Below, in pieces: positions 39,634 through 51,495 of a stretch of 64,000 nucleotides of DNA. The position numbers and the translations under genes were made by a program. The notes beneath the pieces were generated by a model that worked only from the letters and a program-made list of their open reading frames with translations, did not search any database and was not told the DNA's origin. Numbering within the stretch: position 1 is the first letter of the stretch; every line of letters starts with the position of its first letter. Source of the stretch: Anaeromyxobacter sp. (GTDB lineage: Bacteria > Myxococcota > Myxococcia > Myxococcales > Anaeromyxobacteraceae). The stretch is from positions 128,001 to 192,000 of the forward strand of contig JASGJN010000004.1 in the NCBI GenBank assembly GCA_049840735.1, in the 5' to 3' direction.

Positions 39634-42166
39634 CCGATCGACGCGCCGCTGGGCTGGTAGACGACCAGGGTGGCGCCGTAGTTGGTGAAGCCCGAGGCCA
39701 AGGTAGCGCGGAGCGTGAAGCGCTGCCCAGCCGTGCCGCTGAACGTGTAGCGACCGGCCTGGCCTGGACGCGAGGTCTCAAAGCGGGTCACGGCGCCGGT
39801 CGTGGCGAGCGTTCCCGTCAGCCCGGTGGAGAGCATCACGGAGAGGGAGGTGGCCGAGGTGCCCGGCGGATTGACCACCAGCGTGTAGGTGCCGGTCGTC
39901 GGGAGCTGGCCTGGCTGCCAGCTCGTCGCAGTCGCGACGAGCGAGCTGCTCCAGAGCGAGGTCCCATCTGGCTTCAGGATGGAGAGGTTGGTGGTGCCTC
40001 CCGGCGTGGTGGTCACCGACGTCACCGCGAGGCCGAGCCAGTCGCCAGCGTTGCCGCTGAAGGTGTAGCGGCCGTTCTGGGCGGCGGAGAGGGTCACGCC
40101 CTGGGCTGGGCTTCCGATCGAGAGCGTGCCCGCGGCGCCTTCAATGAGCGTCAGGTCGATTGCGCCGGTCTTGATCCCGCTGGGCACCACCGAGACCGTG
40201 TAGGTGCCGGTCACTGGCAGCGCGCCCAGGTCCAGCTTCTGGTCCGTGGAGGTCGAGAACGTGGTGCTGGCGATGGTGGCGCCGCTGGGCTGGTAGACGA
40301 TGACGGTCGCGCCGGAGGTGGTGAAGCCCGAGGCCATGGTGGCGCGGAGCGTGAAACGCTGTCCCGCCGAGCCGGTGAACGTGTACCGGCCGCTCTGTCC
40401 AGGCCGCGCGGGTCTCGAACCTGGTCACGACGCCGCTGGCGAGGCCTCCCGCGAGCGCCTTGGAGACGAGGATCTCCGTCGACACCATCACGGCGGCGCT
40501 GGGCTGCGCCACGAGCGTGTAGGTTCCCGAGGACGGCAGCGCAGGCAGCTGCCAGCTGTTGACTGCGTTGGCCGTGGCGCTCCAGACGGTCGCGCCGCCG
40601 GGCGCGAGCACCTTCAGGGAGGTCGAGCCTGCCGGGGAGGCCGCGTAGCTGGTCAGCGCCAGGCCCAGCAGGTCACCGGCGCTCCCGGCGAACATGAACC
40701 GGCCCTGCTGGCCGACCGTGGCGTTCGAGAATGGGGTGGAGTCCCCGTCGACGATCAGCATCCCGACGTCGGGGGTCGACAGCAGGCAGGTGACCGTGCC
40801 GCTCGCGACGCCCGACGGCGTGAGCGCCAACCGGTAGCTCCCGGCCGCGGCGAGCGCAGGGAGCTGCGCGCTGGTCGGGCCGGAGAAGGTGCTGCTCCAC
40901 AGGTTCGTCCCGGTGGGCCCGTAGAGCCTCACGCCGAGGGTGCTGCCGGCCGGGGCCAGCGAGAGCGCGCTGCACCCCAGGCCCAGGAGATCGCCGGCCG
41001 CTCCGCTGAAGGTGAAGTGGCCATTCTGTCCCGGCGCGAACGACAGGGTGGCTGGTGCCTGGCCCTGGGTGAGGGCGGCCACCGCGTTGGAGAGGCGCTG
41101 CACGGCGGCGGAGCCCGTGGCATTCGCGCCGGGCTCGAGCACCACCATGTAGCCTCCCGTGGTCGGAAGCGCCGGGAGCGTGTGCTTCGTCGAGGCGGAG
41201 GGCGTGATTGTCCCGGAGTAGATGACGTCGCCTGCCGGGGCGAAGACCTTCAGCGAGGTCGAGCCCGGGTAGGTCACGTTGCCCACGAAGAGGGTCACGA
41301 ACTCGCCAGCGGTCCCGTCGAAGGCCAGGAACGCGACTCGCTGCGCCGTGGTGGTCGTGGCGGTGACCGGCTGCGTACCGGAGAGGACCCCGGTGAACTC
41401 GACGTCCGCTGCCTCGTAGCCGCTGGGAAGCTTGAAGAACGTCCCTGCGCTCACGCCGGTGCCTCGCGCATTGGTGACCACGATCTGGCCCGTGGCGGCA
41501 TCGGTCGTGAGCTGGGCGTTGAGCGTGTTCTGGGATGCGGTCCGAACCGTGACCACGCCGGTCCCCACTCGGACGGTGTTGCCTGACGGCGTGCCGTCGA
41601 AGTTGAAGCCGGTGATGGTGATGGAGTCACCGCTGCGGCCGATCTTGGGCCAGAAGTCCGTCACCTGCACGTCGGTGATGACGGAGAACGCCGCGACGCT
41701 CGTGGCCACCTGTCCCTGCGAGGAAACGGAGATCGGTCCACTCGCCGCCCCTTCGGGCACCACAATGGTCAGGCTGGAGGAGGTGGCCGCGATCGGTGTG
41801 ATGTGGGAGCCACCCAGCGTGACAGTGTCCAGCGCGGGCGACGGCGAGAAGCCGGTCCCGTGGACGGTCACGACCTGCCCGATCCCGCCGGCGCGAGGGC
41901 TGGAAGTCCGAGACCGAGAGGGAAGCAGCGGACGAGGCGGTGATGGAAATGAGGTTTCCGGCTCCGTCGTACTCGTAGGCCACGGCTTCGCCGGACTCGG
42001 CGCTGCTGGCGGTCGCGGTAACCGGTGGAGCGGGCTGCCGGGGCGGCGCTGGGTCACGCCCACAGCCGCTGATCAGCGGAATTCCCGCGAGGAGGGTAAC
42101 CAGCAGCCCACCCGCGAACGCTCGCAACGCCGCCTCATTCGGCGGATTCGATGGTCTTGCGGCCAC
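39634..42166 (-). pseudogene. 3'-truncated surface protein: lipoprotein-like signal, YD repeat, two IPT/TIG domains, repeated PPC-like beta domains; frameshifts near 41895 and 40410
   Basis: LISGC, YEYDGAGNL, GQVVTVHGTGFS and GDSITITGFNF IPT repeats, and at least five F.G.AG.......LP.TGTY units. The last repeat is cut at the ACA end of the element. Confidence 0.8.
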
Positions 42167-42384
42167 AGTTCCCCCTCAGCGCGCCGGTGCACCTCGGCAC
42201 AGAAGGCGTGCACGGTACACATTCAGTGGAGTGGCCGGCGAGTGAAACTCGCTAATAGCCAAAATGCCACAGTGTCGGGCCCGGGACCGCTGGGGAGATC
42301 CCGAGGTCGCGGTAGGGACACCGGCGCTCAGGTCCGAGCGGAGATCCCAGCTCAGATCGAATCCGGCGGGGTGAGCGCCGCGGG

Positions 42385-43563
42385 TCAGGCGCCGGCCGCG
42401 GCGCGGGCGTCGGGGTCGCCGTCCAGCCCGCGGAGGAGCTCCACCTCGGCGGCCAGGAGCCGGGCCAGCTGCTGGTGGTCTGCCTTCATCGCCTCCAGCG
42501 GCCGGTGCAGCGCAGCGATGCGATCGCTCACCTCCAGCAGCCCGCCCGCGGCCTGGTCCCTCGCCGCCTGGTAACCGGCCAGCCCCGCTTCACCCTCGGT
42601 GATCACCGCCCGGGCCAGCAGCTCGGCGTCGCGCAGCGCGTCGGTCAGGCCGTGGGCGGTGATGGGATCCCGGAAGGCGCCGGCGTCTCCCACCAGCGCC
42701 CAGCCGGGCCCCCAGGCCTGGCGCAGGAAGCCGGGCCGCCCGGTGAAGGGGTGCAGCTTCCCCTCCCGCTGCGCGGCCCCGAGCCGGGCCGCCAGGGCCG
42801 GCGCCGCCTCGGCCAGCGCCTCGCGGTAGAGCGCCTCCAGCCCGTCGGGGAGCGCCGCCCGGAAGCGGGCCGGCGGCACGGCCACGAACAGGCAGGTGCG
42901 CCCCGCGTCGGTGGGGATGGCACCGGCGCTCACACCGGACGCGTAGAACCAGTGGTAGCCCTCCACCGGCAGGCCGGAGAGGTGGGCGTAGAGCACGGCG
43001 GTGGCGTGGTGCCCGGCGCGCTGCACCGCCGCCCCGACCTGCGACGCCACGGTGGAGCCCAGCCCATCGGCGCCGATCACCAGGTGGGCCCGCACCCGGA
43101 GCGGAGCGCCGTCCAGCCCGACCAGCCGCGCGCCCACCACGCGCCCGGCGCCGTCGCGCTCGAGGTTCCGCAGCGCCAGGCCGTGGCGCACCTCGGCGCC
43201 GGCCTCCCGGGCCGCCGACACCAGCAGCGGATCGAGCACGGTCCGGCGCGGCGCGTAGAGCGCCTCCACGCCGTCGCGCGGCTTGATCTGGACCCCCACC
43301 GTCTCGTCTCCGTAGTGGAAGGTGGCGCTCCGCACCGGGGGCGTGCCGGCGGCCACCAGCCGGTCCAGGAGCCCCCAGCGGCGCAACTGGAGCACGCCGC
43401 CGCGCATCAGCGCGTGCGTCAAGAGCGTGTCCTGGCCCTCCTGGCCGCGATCGACCACGGCCACGCGCAGCCCGGCGCGGGCCAGCAGCAGGCCGGTGGC
43501 GGCCCCGGCCGCGCGCGCGCCGACGATCAGGGCGTCGAGGGTGGTGTCGTTCATGGGGTCCAT
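42385..43563 (-). CDS. FAD-dependent oxidoreductase (geranylgeranyl reductase/aromatic hydroxylase-like)
   Basis: IVGARAAG, APRRTVLD, IGADG, ALVGDAG.FRDPITAHGLTDALRDAE. Confidence 0.88.
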   Translation of the reverse strand: MDPMNDTTLDALIVGARAAGAATGLLLARAGLRVAVVDRGQEGQDTLLTHALMRGGVLQLRRWGLLDRLVAAGTPPVRSATFHYGDETVGVQIKPRDGVEALYAPRRTVLDPLLVSAAREAGAEVRHGLALRNLERDGAGRVVGARLVGLDGAPLRVRAHLVIGADGLGSTVASQVGAAVQRAGHHATAVLYAHLSGLPVEGYHWFYASGVSAGAIPTDAGRTCLFVAVPPARFRAALPDGLEALYREALAEAAPALAARLGAAQREGKLHPFTGRPGFLRQAWGPGWALVGDAGAFRDPITAHGLTDALRDAELLARAVITEGEAGLAGYQAARDQAAGGLLEVSDRIAALHRPLEAMKADHQQLARLLAAEVELLRGLDGDPDARAAAGA

Positions 43564-43575
43564 GGCGTCCTCCGG

Positions 43576-44810
43576 TCAGGCAGCGCGGCGCGCCTGCAGG
43601 CGCCCGGCCAGGTGGTCGACCAGGTCGCGCGCGTCGGCGCCGACCCCGTCGAGGAAGGTGGAGTTGCGGCGGCGCAGGAACGGCAGCCCCAGCACGTAGA
43701 GGCCGGGGGCGGGCGTGACGCCGCCCTCGTGGATCAGCTCGCCGCGCGCGTCGAGCACCGGTGCGTGGAGCCAGGGGTAGCTGCGGCGGTAGCCGGTGGC
43801 CCAGAGCACGGTCCGGATCCCCTCGGCCGCCAGGTCGAGGCGGGCGGGTGTCCGCACCGGCTGGACGGGCGGCCGGCGCTCCGGCGAGGCGGCCGCGAGC
43901 CTCTCGCGCTCCGCGAAGTCGTCGATGCGCGCCAGCACCCGCTCCAGCCGCCGCTCGGCGTCGGCCACGCTGGCCAGGAGATCGTCCGCCAGCGCCAGCC
44001 GGCCGCCGTCCACCCCCGCCAGCCGCCCGGTGAGCCGGATCCCCATGGCCTGCAGCGCCGCCAGGTCCAGCGTGCGGTGGTCGGGGCGGCCCACCAGCTG
44101 CGCCGAGGGCTGGGCGCGGGCCGCGGCCAGGTCGGGGACCGCCGCGGCCGGCTCGGTGAGCAGGCCGGCCCGGTCCATCCACCAGAGCACGTCGTGCCCG
44201 CGGTAGCGCCGCGGCAGCCGCGTGTGGCGCCCCACCGCCAGCGTGACCGGCCGGCCGGACGCGTGCAGCTCCGCCGCCAGCTGCACGCCGGTGGCGCCGG
44301 CGCCCACCACCAGCACGCCGCCCGGCGGCAGCGACCCGGGGTGGCGGTACTCGGTGGGGACCACCTGGAGCAGGCCGGGCGGGAGGGCCGCCGCGGCCGC
44401 CGGCACGCGGGCGTGGTGGGCGTGGCCGGTGGCGACCACCACGGCCAGCGCCCGCCAGCCGCCGGCGTCGGTTCCACCCTCCAGCCGCCACCGCCCGGCG
44501 CGACCCGGGTGACGGTGACGCCCTGGTGCACCGGCGCCCCGAAGGCGCGGGCGTAGCCCTCCAGGTAACGGACCACCTCCGCGCGCGACATGTAGCCGTC
44601 GGGATCCGGCCCGCGCCAGCTCCAGCCCGGGAGGCGCGACTGCCAGCGCGGGGTGAGGAGCCGGAGCGAGTCCCACCGCTCCGAGCGCCAGCGCTCGCCC
44701 ACGAACCCGCGCTCCAGCACCACGTGCTCGATGCCGCGTCCGCCCAGCAGGTTGCTGGTGGCCAGGCCGGCCTGCCCGCCCCCGATCACCACCACGTCCG
44801 TCCGTCGCAT
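43576..44810 (-). CDS. Flavin-containing monooxygenase-like oxidoreductase (CzcO/TrkA-like); frameshift near 44473
   Basis: IGGGQAGL, WRSERWDSLRLLTP, VVATG, VGAGATGVQLAAEL, WATGYR, GVGADA. One base is missing at WRVE-TDAG. Confidence 0.87.
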
Positions 44811-44966
44811 GTTCTGCCTCCACAGGGGCCTCGGACCTCAGGCTTCGGGCCTCAGGCTCGGGGCGCCAGCGCTTCTTCACCGCGTCCTCGTCCTTGCGTC
44901 CTGCGCCGGCCGCGCGACGCGCGGGGCCGACCCCATCCGGCGGCCGGCCCCGCGCCGCGGCCGCGT

Positions 44967-45584
44967 TCACCCCGCGTCCACCGCGATCATCACCGGCACG
45001 CCGCGGGTGAGGACGTCGTAGACGGCCGACCGCGCCCGCGACTGGTCGACGATGGCGCGCAGCACCTCCGGCGAGGCGTCGCCCTTGATGCGGAAGCTGA
45101 CCCGGAGCTGCTCGTAGCCGTTCCGCACCTCCGTCGACTGGCCGAAGATGCCGCGCAGGTCGATGTCCCCCTCCACGGTGGACTCCACCTCGTAGAGCGT
45201 CACCCCGCGCGCGGCGGCGATGTTGCCCACGCCGGAGGTGATGCAGGCGGCCAGCGCGTGGAGCAGGAACTCCACCGGCGTGGGGCCGTGGTCGCGCCCC
45301 ACCAGCACCGCCGGGTGGTCGGCGTCGAAGGTGAAGGCGCGCTGGTGACGCTGCGGTCCGCCGGCGCCCTCGAAGGTCTCGAGGGTGGAGCGGCTGTGGG
45401 TCCCCTGCTGCCAGTGGTTCACGGCGCGGAAGCGGAAGCGCGCCAGCTGGGGCTGGGCCTTGACCGCGTCCAGCGTGGCGAAGAGCGTGGGCGTGTCGAC
45501 GCCGTTCATGGGCCGCACCTGGCGGGCGGGCTTCATGGAGGCGGCGGTCGGGGTCTGCATCTCGGTGTTCAGCTCGGTCTGCAT
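44967..45584 (-). CDS. OsmC family protein
   Basis: NGVD...FRFRAVNHW..GTHS, ADHPAVLVGRDHGPTPVEFLLHALAAC, EGDIDLRGIFG, SAVYD. Confidence 0.9.
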   Translation of the reverse strand: MQTELNTEMQTPTAASMKPARQVRPMNGVDTPTLFATLDAVKAQPQLARFRFRAVNHWQQGTHSRSTLETFEGAGGPQRHQRAFTFDADHPAVLVGRDHGPTPVEFLLHALAACITSGVGNIAAARGVTLYEVESTVEGDIDLRGIFGQSTEVRNGYEQLRVSFRIKGDASPEVLRAIVDQSRARSAVYDVLTRGVPVMIAVDAG

Positions 45585-45644
45585 CTCGGCTCCCTGTCCC
45601 GGCGTCCGGTCGTCGGCCGCGTCTCGTGGGACGGGGAGGGACAT

Positions 45645-45660
45645 CGCACCGTGCGTGCCA
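45645..45660 (-). promoter_or_regulatory. Sigma54 promoter for the osmC-flavoprotein operon
   Basis: Minus strand TGGCACGCACGGTGCG (GG-N10-GC), ~60 bp upstream of osmC and divergent from a sigma54 activator gene. Confidence 0.75.
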
Positions 45661-45727
45661 GCCGCGCCGGGCCAGGCCGGGCGCGTGTTTCCGGCCGGTT
45701 CGCGCCGCCGGGTCCCCTGGCGGGCCG

Positions 45728-45779
45728 CGACGAGGATTGGGCGGCGACGGGATTTCGCCGCGGGTAACGACGAGATTCG
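45728..45779. promoter_or_regulatory. Three related boxes, candidate activator-binding sites
   Basis: CGACGAGGATT (45728), CGACGGGATTTCG (45745, inside GGCGA...TCGCC) and CGACGAGATTCG (45768), 70-120 bp upstream of the -24 box. Confidence 0.55.
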
Positions 45780-45794
45780 ACCGGAGGGCGCGCC

Positions 45795-47738
45795 ATGGAC
45801 GGGATCGCGACGGGAGGGCGCCGCGTGGACGAGGGCGCCGCGCTGCGCGCGGTGGTCGAGGGCACGGCCGCGGAGACCGGGACGGCCTTCTACCGGGCGC
45901 TGGTCCGCAACCTCGCCAGCTCGCTCGGCACGGCCGGCGCCTGGCTGACGGAGCTCGACGAGACGGGACAGCGGCTGCGCGCCGTCGCGTTCTGGTGCGG
46001 CGACCGGTTCGTCGAGGGGCACGAGTACGCGGTGGCCGGGACGCCGTGCCAGCAGGTGATCGATCGCCGGGGGATGGTGCTGGTGGGCAGCGATCTCGGC
46101 CCGGGCCGCGGTGCGCCGCCCGGCATCCCGGAGATGGTCAGCTACCTCGGCGTCCCGCTCATGGCGGGGGATGGCCGCATCCTCGGGCTGCTCTCGGTGG
46201 TGGACTTGGCCCCCATCGCGCCGGAGGAGCGGCTGCTGACGCTCTTCCGGCTCTTCGCCACCCGCGCGGTGGCCGAGATGCGCCGCGAGGCGCTGGAGCG
46301 CGAGCTGCGCGATCGGCAGGAGAAGCTGGCGCTCCTCATCGGGAGCGCCCTCGACGCCATCGTGGAGCTGGACGAGCGGCTGGAGATCACCCTGGTGAAC
46401 GCCGCCGCCGAGACGCTGTTCGGGGTGCGGGCCGACGCCGTGCGAGGCCTGCCGGTGGCCGCACTGCTGGGCGAGCGCTCGGCGGCCCGGCTGGCAGCCC
46501 TGCGGAGCGGGCTGGAGGCGGACCGGGCCCGGCAGCTCTGGATCCCCGACGGCCTGGTGGCCGAGCCGGCCGGGCGGCGGCCGTTCCCGGCCGAGGCCAC
46601 GCTCTCCCGCTACGAGGTGCGCGGCCGCCCCTACCACACGCTCATCCTGCGCAACGTGGACGAGCGGCTGGAGGCCGAGCGGCGCATCCGGGCCCTCACC
46701 GCCACCGCCGACGACCTGCGCGACGCGCTGGCCGAGGGGCACGGCTTCGACGACATCGTCGGCCGCAGCGAGGCGCTGCGCGAGGCGCTGCGGGGCGTGA
46801 TCCAGGTCGCGCCCACCGACGCCACCGTGCTCGTCACGGGCGAGACCGGGACCGGCAAGGAGCTGTTCGCGCGCGCGCTCCACGAGCGGAGCGGCCGGCG
46901 CGAGGGGCCGCTGGTGAAGGTGAACTGCGCGGCGGTGCCCGCCGCGCTGATGGAGAGCGAGTTCTTCGGGCACGAGCGCGGCGCGTTCACCGGGGCCACC
47001 CAGCGGCGCGAGGGGCGGTTCGCCCTGGCGGACGGCGGGACCATCTTCCTCGACGAGATTGGCGAGCTGCCGGTGGAGCTGCAGGGGAAGCTGCTCCGCG
47101 TGCTGCAGGAGGGCGAGTTCGAGCCGGTCGGCTCCTCGCGCACGCGGCGGGTGGACGTGCGGGTGGTGGCGGCCACGAACCGCGACCTCGAGGCCGACGT
47201 GCGCGCCGGCACCTTCCGCGAGGACCTCTTCTACCGGCTGAGCGTGTTCCCGCTGCGCCTGCCGCCGCTGCGCGAGCGCGGCGACGACGCGGTCCTGCTG
47301 GCCGAGACGCTGGCCCGGCGGCTGGCGCGATCGATGGGCAAGGTGGTGGCGCCGCCCGGCGCCGCCGACGCGGCCGCGCTGCGCGCCTACCCCTGGCCCG
47401 GGAACGTCAGGGAGCTGCGCAACGTGATCGAGCGGGCGCTGATCCTCTCCGTGGACGGGCGGCTGCACCTCGACCGGATCCTGCCGGCCCCCTCGCCCGC
47501 GGCCGAGCCGCCGGCGGCCGCCCCGGCGGAGGGCAGCCGGACCATCCTGACCGACGGCCAGCTTCGGGCGCTGGAGCGGGAGAACACTCGCGCGGCGCTG
47601 GAGCGCTGCGGCTGGCGGGTGGGCGGCGAGGGCGGCGCGGCCGAGCTGCTCGGGCTCAGCCCCTCCACGCTCAAGTCGCGGCTGCGGGGGCTGGGGCTGC
47701 AGCGCGGGGTCGGGGGCGCGGACGCCGCGGCGCCCTGA
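45795..47738 (+). CDS. Sigma54-dependent activator, GAF-PAS-AAA+-HTH (FhlA/HyfR-like)
   Basis: GTPC...SYLGVPL GAF domain, PAS domain, [46 protein letters not shown]. Confidence 0.93.
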   Translation: MDGIATGGRRVDEGAALRAVVEGTAAETGTAFYRALVRNLASSLGTAGAWLTELDETGQRLRAVAFWCGDRFVEGHEYAVAGTPCQQVIDRRGMVLVGSDLGPGRGAPPGIPEMVSYLGVPLMAGDGRILGLLSVVDLAPIAPEERLLTLFRLFATRAVAEMRREALERELRDRQEKLALLIGSALDAIVELDERLEITLVNAAAETLFGVRADAVRGLPVAALLGERSAARLAALRSGLEADRARQLWIPDGLVAEPAGRRPFPAEATLSRYEVRGRPYHTLILRNVDERLEAERRIRALTATADDLRDALAEGHGFDDIVGRSEALREALRGVIQVAPTDATVLVTGETGTGKELFARALHERSGRREGPLVKVNCAAVPAALMESEFFGHERGAFTGATQRREGRFALADGGTIFLDEIGELPVELQGKLLRVLQEGEFEPVGSSRTRRVDVRVVAATNRDLEADVRAGTFREDLFYRLSVFPLRLPPLRERGDDAVLLAETLARRLARSMGKVVAPPGAADAAALRAYPWPGNVRELRNVIERALILSVDGRLHLDRILPAPSPAAEPPAAAPAEGSRTILTDGQLRALERENTRAALERCGWRVGGEGGAAELLGLSPSTLKSRLRGLGLQRGVGGADAAAP

Positions 47739-47749
47739 CAATCCCCGGG

Positions 47750-48172
47750 CTTCGACTCCGCTCGCCCTGCGGGCTCGCTACGCTCAGCCCGAACGGTCCG
47801 AAGGTCCCGTTCGCCCTCGCTACGCTTTCGCCACGCCCAGCCCGCACGGTCCGAAGGCCCCGTTCGCCCTCGCTACGCTCAGCCCGCACGGTCCGAAGGC
47901 CCCGTTCGCCCTCGCTACGCTCAGCCCGCACGGTTCGAAGGTCCCGTTCGCCCTCGCTACGCTCAGCCCGCCACGGTCCGAAGGTCCCGTTTGCCCTCCG
48001 CCACGCTCAGCCCGCACGGTCCGAAGGTCCCGTTTGCCCTCGCCACGCTCAGCCCGCTCGGTCCGAAGGTCCCGTTCGCCCTCGCTACGCTTTCGCCACG
48101 CCCAGCCCGCACGGTCCGAAGGTCCCGTTCGCCCTGAGCGTAGCCGCGGCAAAGCCGCGGCGGAGTCGAAGG
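47750..48172. repeat. Eight tandem ~42-bp units enclosed by a REP-like inverted repeat pair
   Basis: Unit CTCGCTACGCTCAGCCCGCACGGTCCGAAGGTCCCGTTCGCC starts at 47774, 47816, 47869, 47911, 47953, 47996, 48039 and 48081. The outer ends CTTCGACTCCGC and GCGGAGTCGAAG are inverted. Confidence 0.92.
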
Positions 48173-48179
48173 GCAGGGC

Positions 48180-49868
<1,689 letters not shown>

Positions 49869-49879
49869 GCTCCCTCCGG

Positions 49880-50377
49880 CTACCGCATCGCCCCGTGCCC
49901 CACCCCGCGGTGGCACTGGACGCAGCGGATGGCGTTGGCCTCCCAGGTGCTGCCGCGCACGATCTCGTGCACGAACTCGCCGTGGCAGCGGAGGCAGTTG
50001 TCCTGCAGGATCTGGCTGTTCGTCTCCTTGATGCGGATCGGCTCCTCGAAGACCTGCTTCGCGCCCGGCGCGTCGGGGCGCGGAGGCTGGAAGGTGAAGC
50101 CCATCGAGTGGTGGTAGCCGTTGCGCGCCTTGGCGAGGTACTTGGCCGGGAAGTGCGGCGGCACGTGGCAGTCGTTGCAGGTGGCCACCGCGTGGTGCGG
50201 CCCCTTCCGCCAGGCGTCGAACTGCTCGTTCATGATGTGGCAGTTCTTGCAGGCCGCCGGGTCGTTCGACAGGTAGGCCAGGCCGGACGCGTAGGAGAAG
50301 GTGGTGGCGCCCACGCCCATCAGGCCGCCCGCCAGCGCGGCCAGGATGATCCACCGCTTCGACCAGCCTGCCGCCAC
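49880..50377 (-). CDS. nrfH: Cytochrome c nitrite reductase small subunit NrfH
   Basis: GTG start with GGAGG RBS, TM helix, CKNCH, CNDCH, CLRCH, CVQCH. Confidence 0.92.
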   Translation of the reverse strand: MAAGWSKRWIILAALAGGLMGVGATTFSYASGLAYLSNDPAACKNCHIMNEQFDAWRKGPHHAVATCNDCHVPPHFPAKYLAKARNGYHHSMGFTFQPPRPDAPGAKQVFEEPIRIKETNSQILQDNCLRCHGEFVHEIVRGSTWEANAIRCVQCHRGVGHGAMR

Positions 50378-50567
50378 GCGCCGCCTCCGCCGGGCCCACC
50401 GGGCGACGGTGGGCTCGGTGCCCTGGCCGGCGCCCGCCCCGCGCGCTGCGCCAGGGAGGTGGGCGGGACGCCGGCCGCCGCGGAGTCTCGCCCGCCTGGC
50501 CTGCCGCGGTGAGGGGCCCAGAGAGGGCCGGCTCCACACAGGGGCCCGGGCGAGCAGGCCAGCGGCC

Positions 50568-51341
50568 TCAGCCCGGCGCGTCGGCCGCCAGCACCCGCAC
50601 GCCGGCCGCGTCGGCCACGCGCGCCATCGCGGGCGGGAGCGGCGCGTCGGTGAAGAACCGGTCCACCTCGGAGAGGTGGCCCAGCCGCACCATGGCACCG
50701 CGCGTGAACTTGGAGCGATCCGCCACCAGCCAGACCTCGCGCGCCTGCTCGATGATGGCCTGCGCCACCCGCACCTCGCGGTAGTCGAAGTCGAGCAGCG
50801 TCCCGTCCGGCTCGATGCTGGAGACCCCGATCACGCCCACGTCCACCTTGAACTGGCGGATGAAGTCGAGCGTCGCCTCGCCCACCACGCCGCGATCCCG
50901 GCTGCGGACCAGCCCGCCGGCGATGAAGACCTCGGCGTGCTCGTTGGGCGCCAGGATCGACGCGACGTTCAGGTTGTTGGTGACCACGCGGATGCCGCGG
51001 TGATGCGCCAGCGCCCGCGCCACCTCCTCGGTGGTGGTGCCGATGTTGATGATCAGCGAGCGGCCGGGCTCCACCTGCCGTGCCACCAGCCGCCCGATGC
51101 GCCGCTTGGCCTCGACGTTCATGACCTGCCGCTGCGCGTAGTCGATGTTCTGGACGGTCGAGGGCAGCCCGACGCCGCCGTGGTAGCGCGCGAGCAGGTT
51201 CGCCTTCTCCAGCGCCCGCAGGTCGCGCCGGACCGTCTGCGTGGTCACCTGGAGCAGCCTGGCCAGATCCGAGACCGAGGTGTCGCCGTTCTGCCGGAGG
51301 AAATCGAGGAGTTGACGCTGTCGGGGGGTGGCCGTCATCAT
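50568..51341 (-). CDS. glpR: DeoR-family glycerol-3-phosphate regulon repressor
   Basis: VTTQTVRRDL HTH, RYHGG, INIGTTTEEVA, LLDFDYREV; divergent from glpD. Confidence 0.92.
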   Translation of the reverse strand: MMTATPRQRQLLDFLRQNGDTSVSDLARLLQVTTQTVRRDLRALEKANLLARYHGGVGLPSTVQNIDYAQRQVMNVEAKRRIGRLVARQVEPGRSLIINIGTTTEEVARALAHHRGIRVVTNNLNVASILAPNEHAEVFIAGGLVRSRDRGVVGEATLDFIRQFKVDVGVIGVSSIEPDGTLLDFDYREVRVAQAIIEQAREVWLVADRSKFTRGAMVRLGHLSEVDRFFTDAPLPPAMARVADAAGVRVLAADAPG

Positions 51342-51369
51342 GAACCCAAATGAACCCAAATGAACACGA
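51340..51369. promoter_or_regulatory. Three tandem 10-bp boxes, candidate GlpR operators
   Basis: ATGAACCCAA-ATGAACCCAA-ATGAACACGA between glpR and glpD; AT-rich with helical periodicity. Confidence 0.6.
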
Positions 51370-51495
51370 GGCGTTCCAGAACGAGCCGCATCATAGTGCG
51401 CCCGTGGCGCACATCAACCACCCGGCGCGTCTGCGCGATCCCGGCCGGACGGTTGCCCCGCGGAGGATCGCGACTGGCCTGGAGCGGGTCCTCCC

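Noticed and set aside
44826..44863. Short 7-bp-periodic repeat (GGCCTCR/GGCTTCG) between osmC and the FMO-like gene
   Set aside because: Too short and degenerate to assign a function.
47774..48133. Possible CRISPR array
   Set aside because: The units are contiguous near-identical repeats with no unique spacers, and there are no cas genes in the window.
50378..50567. Sigma54 promoter for the second nrfHA
   Set aside because: The best candidate (TGGCGCAGCGCGCGG on the minus strand) lacks the GC at the -12 position.
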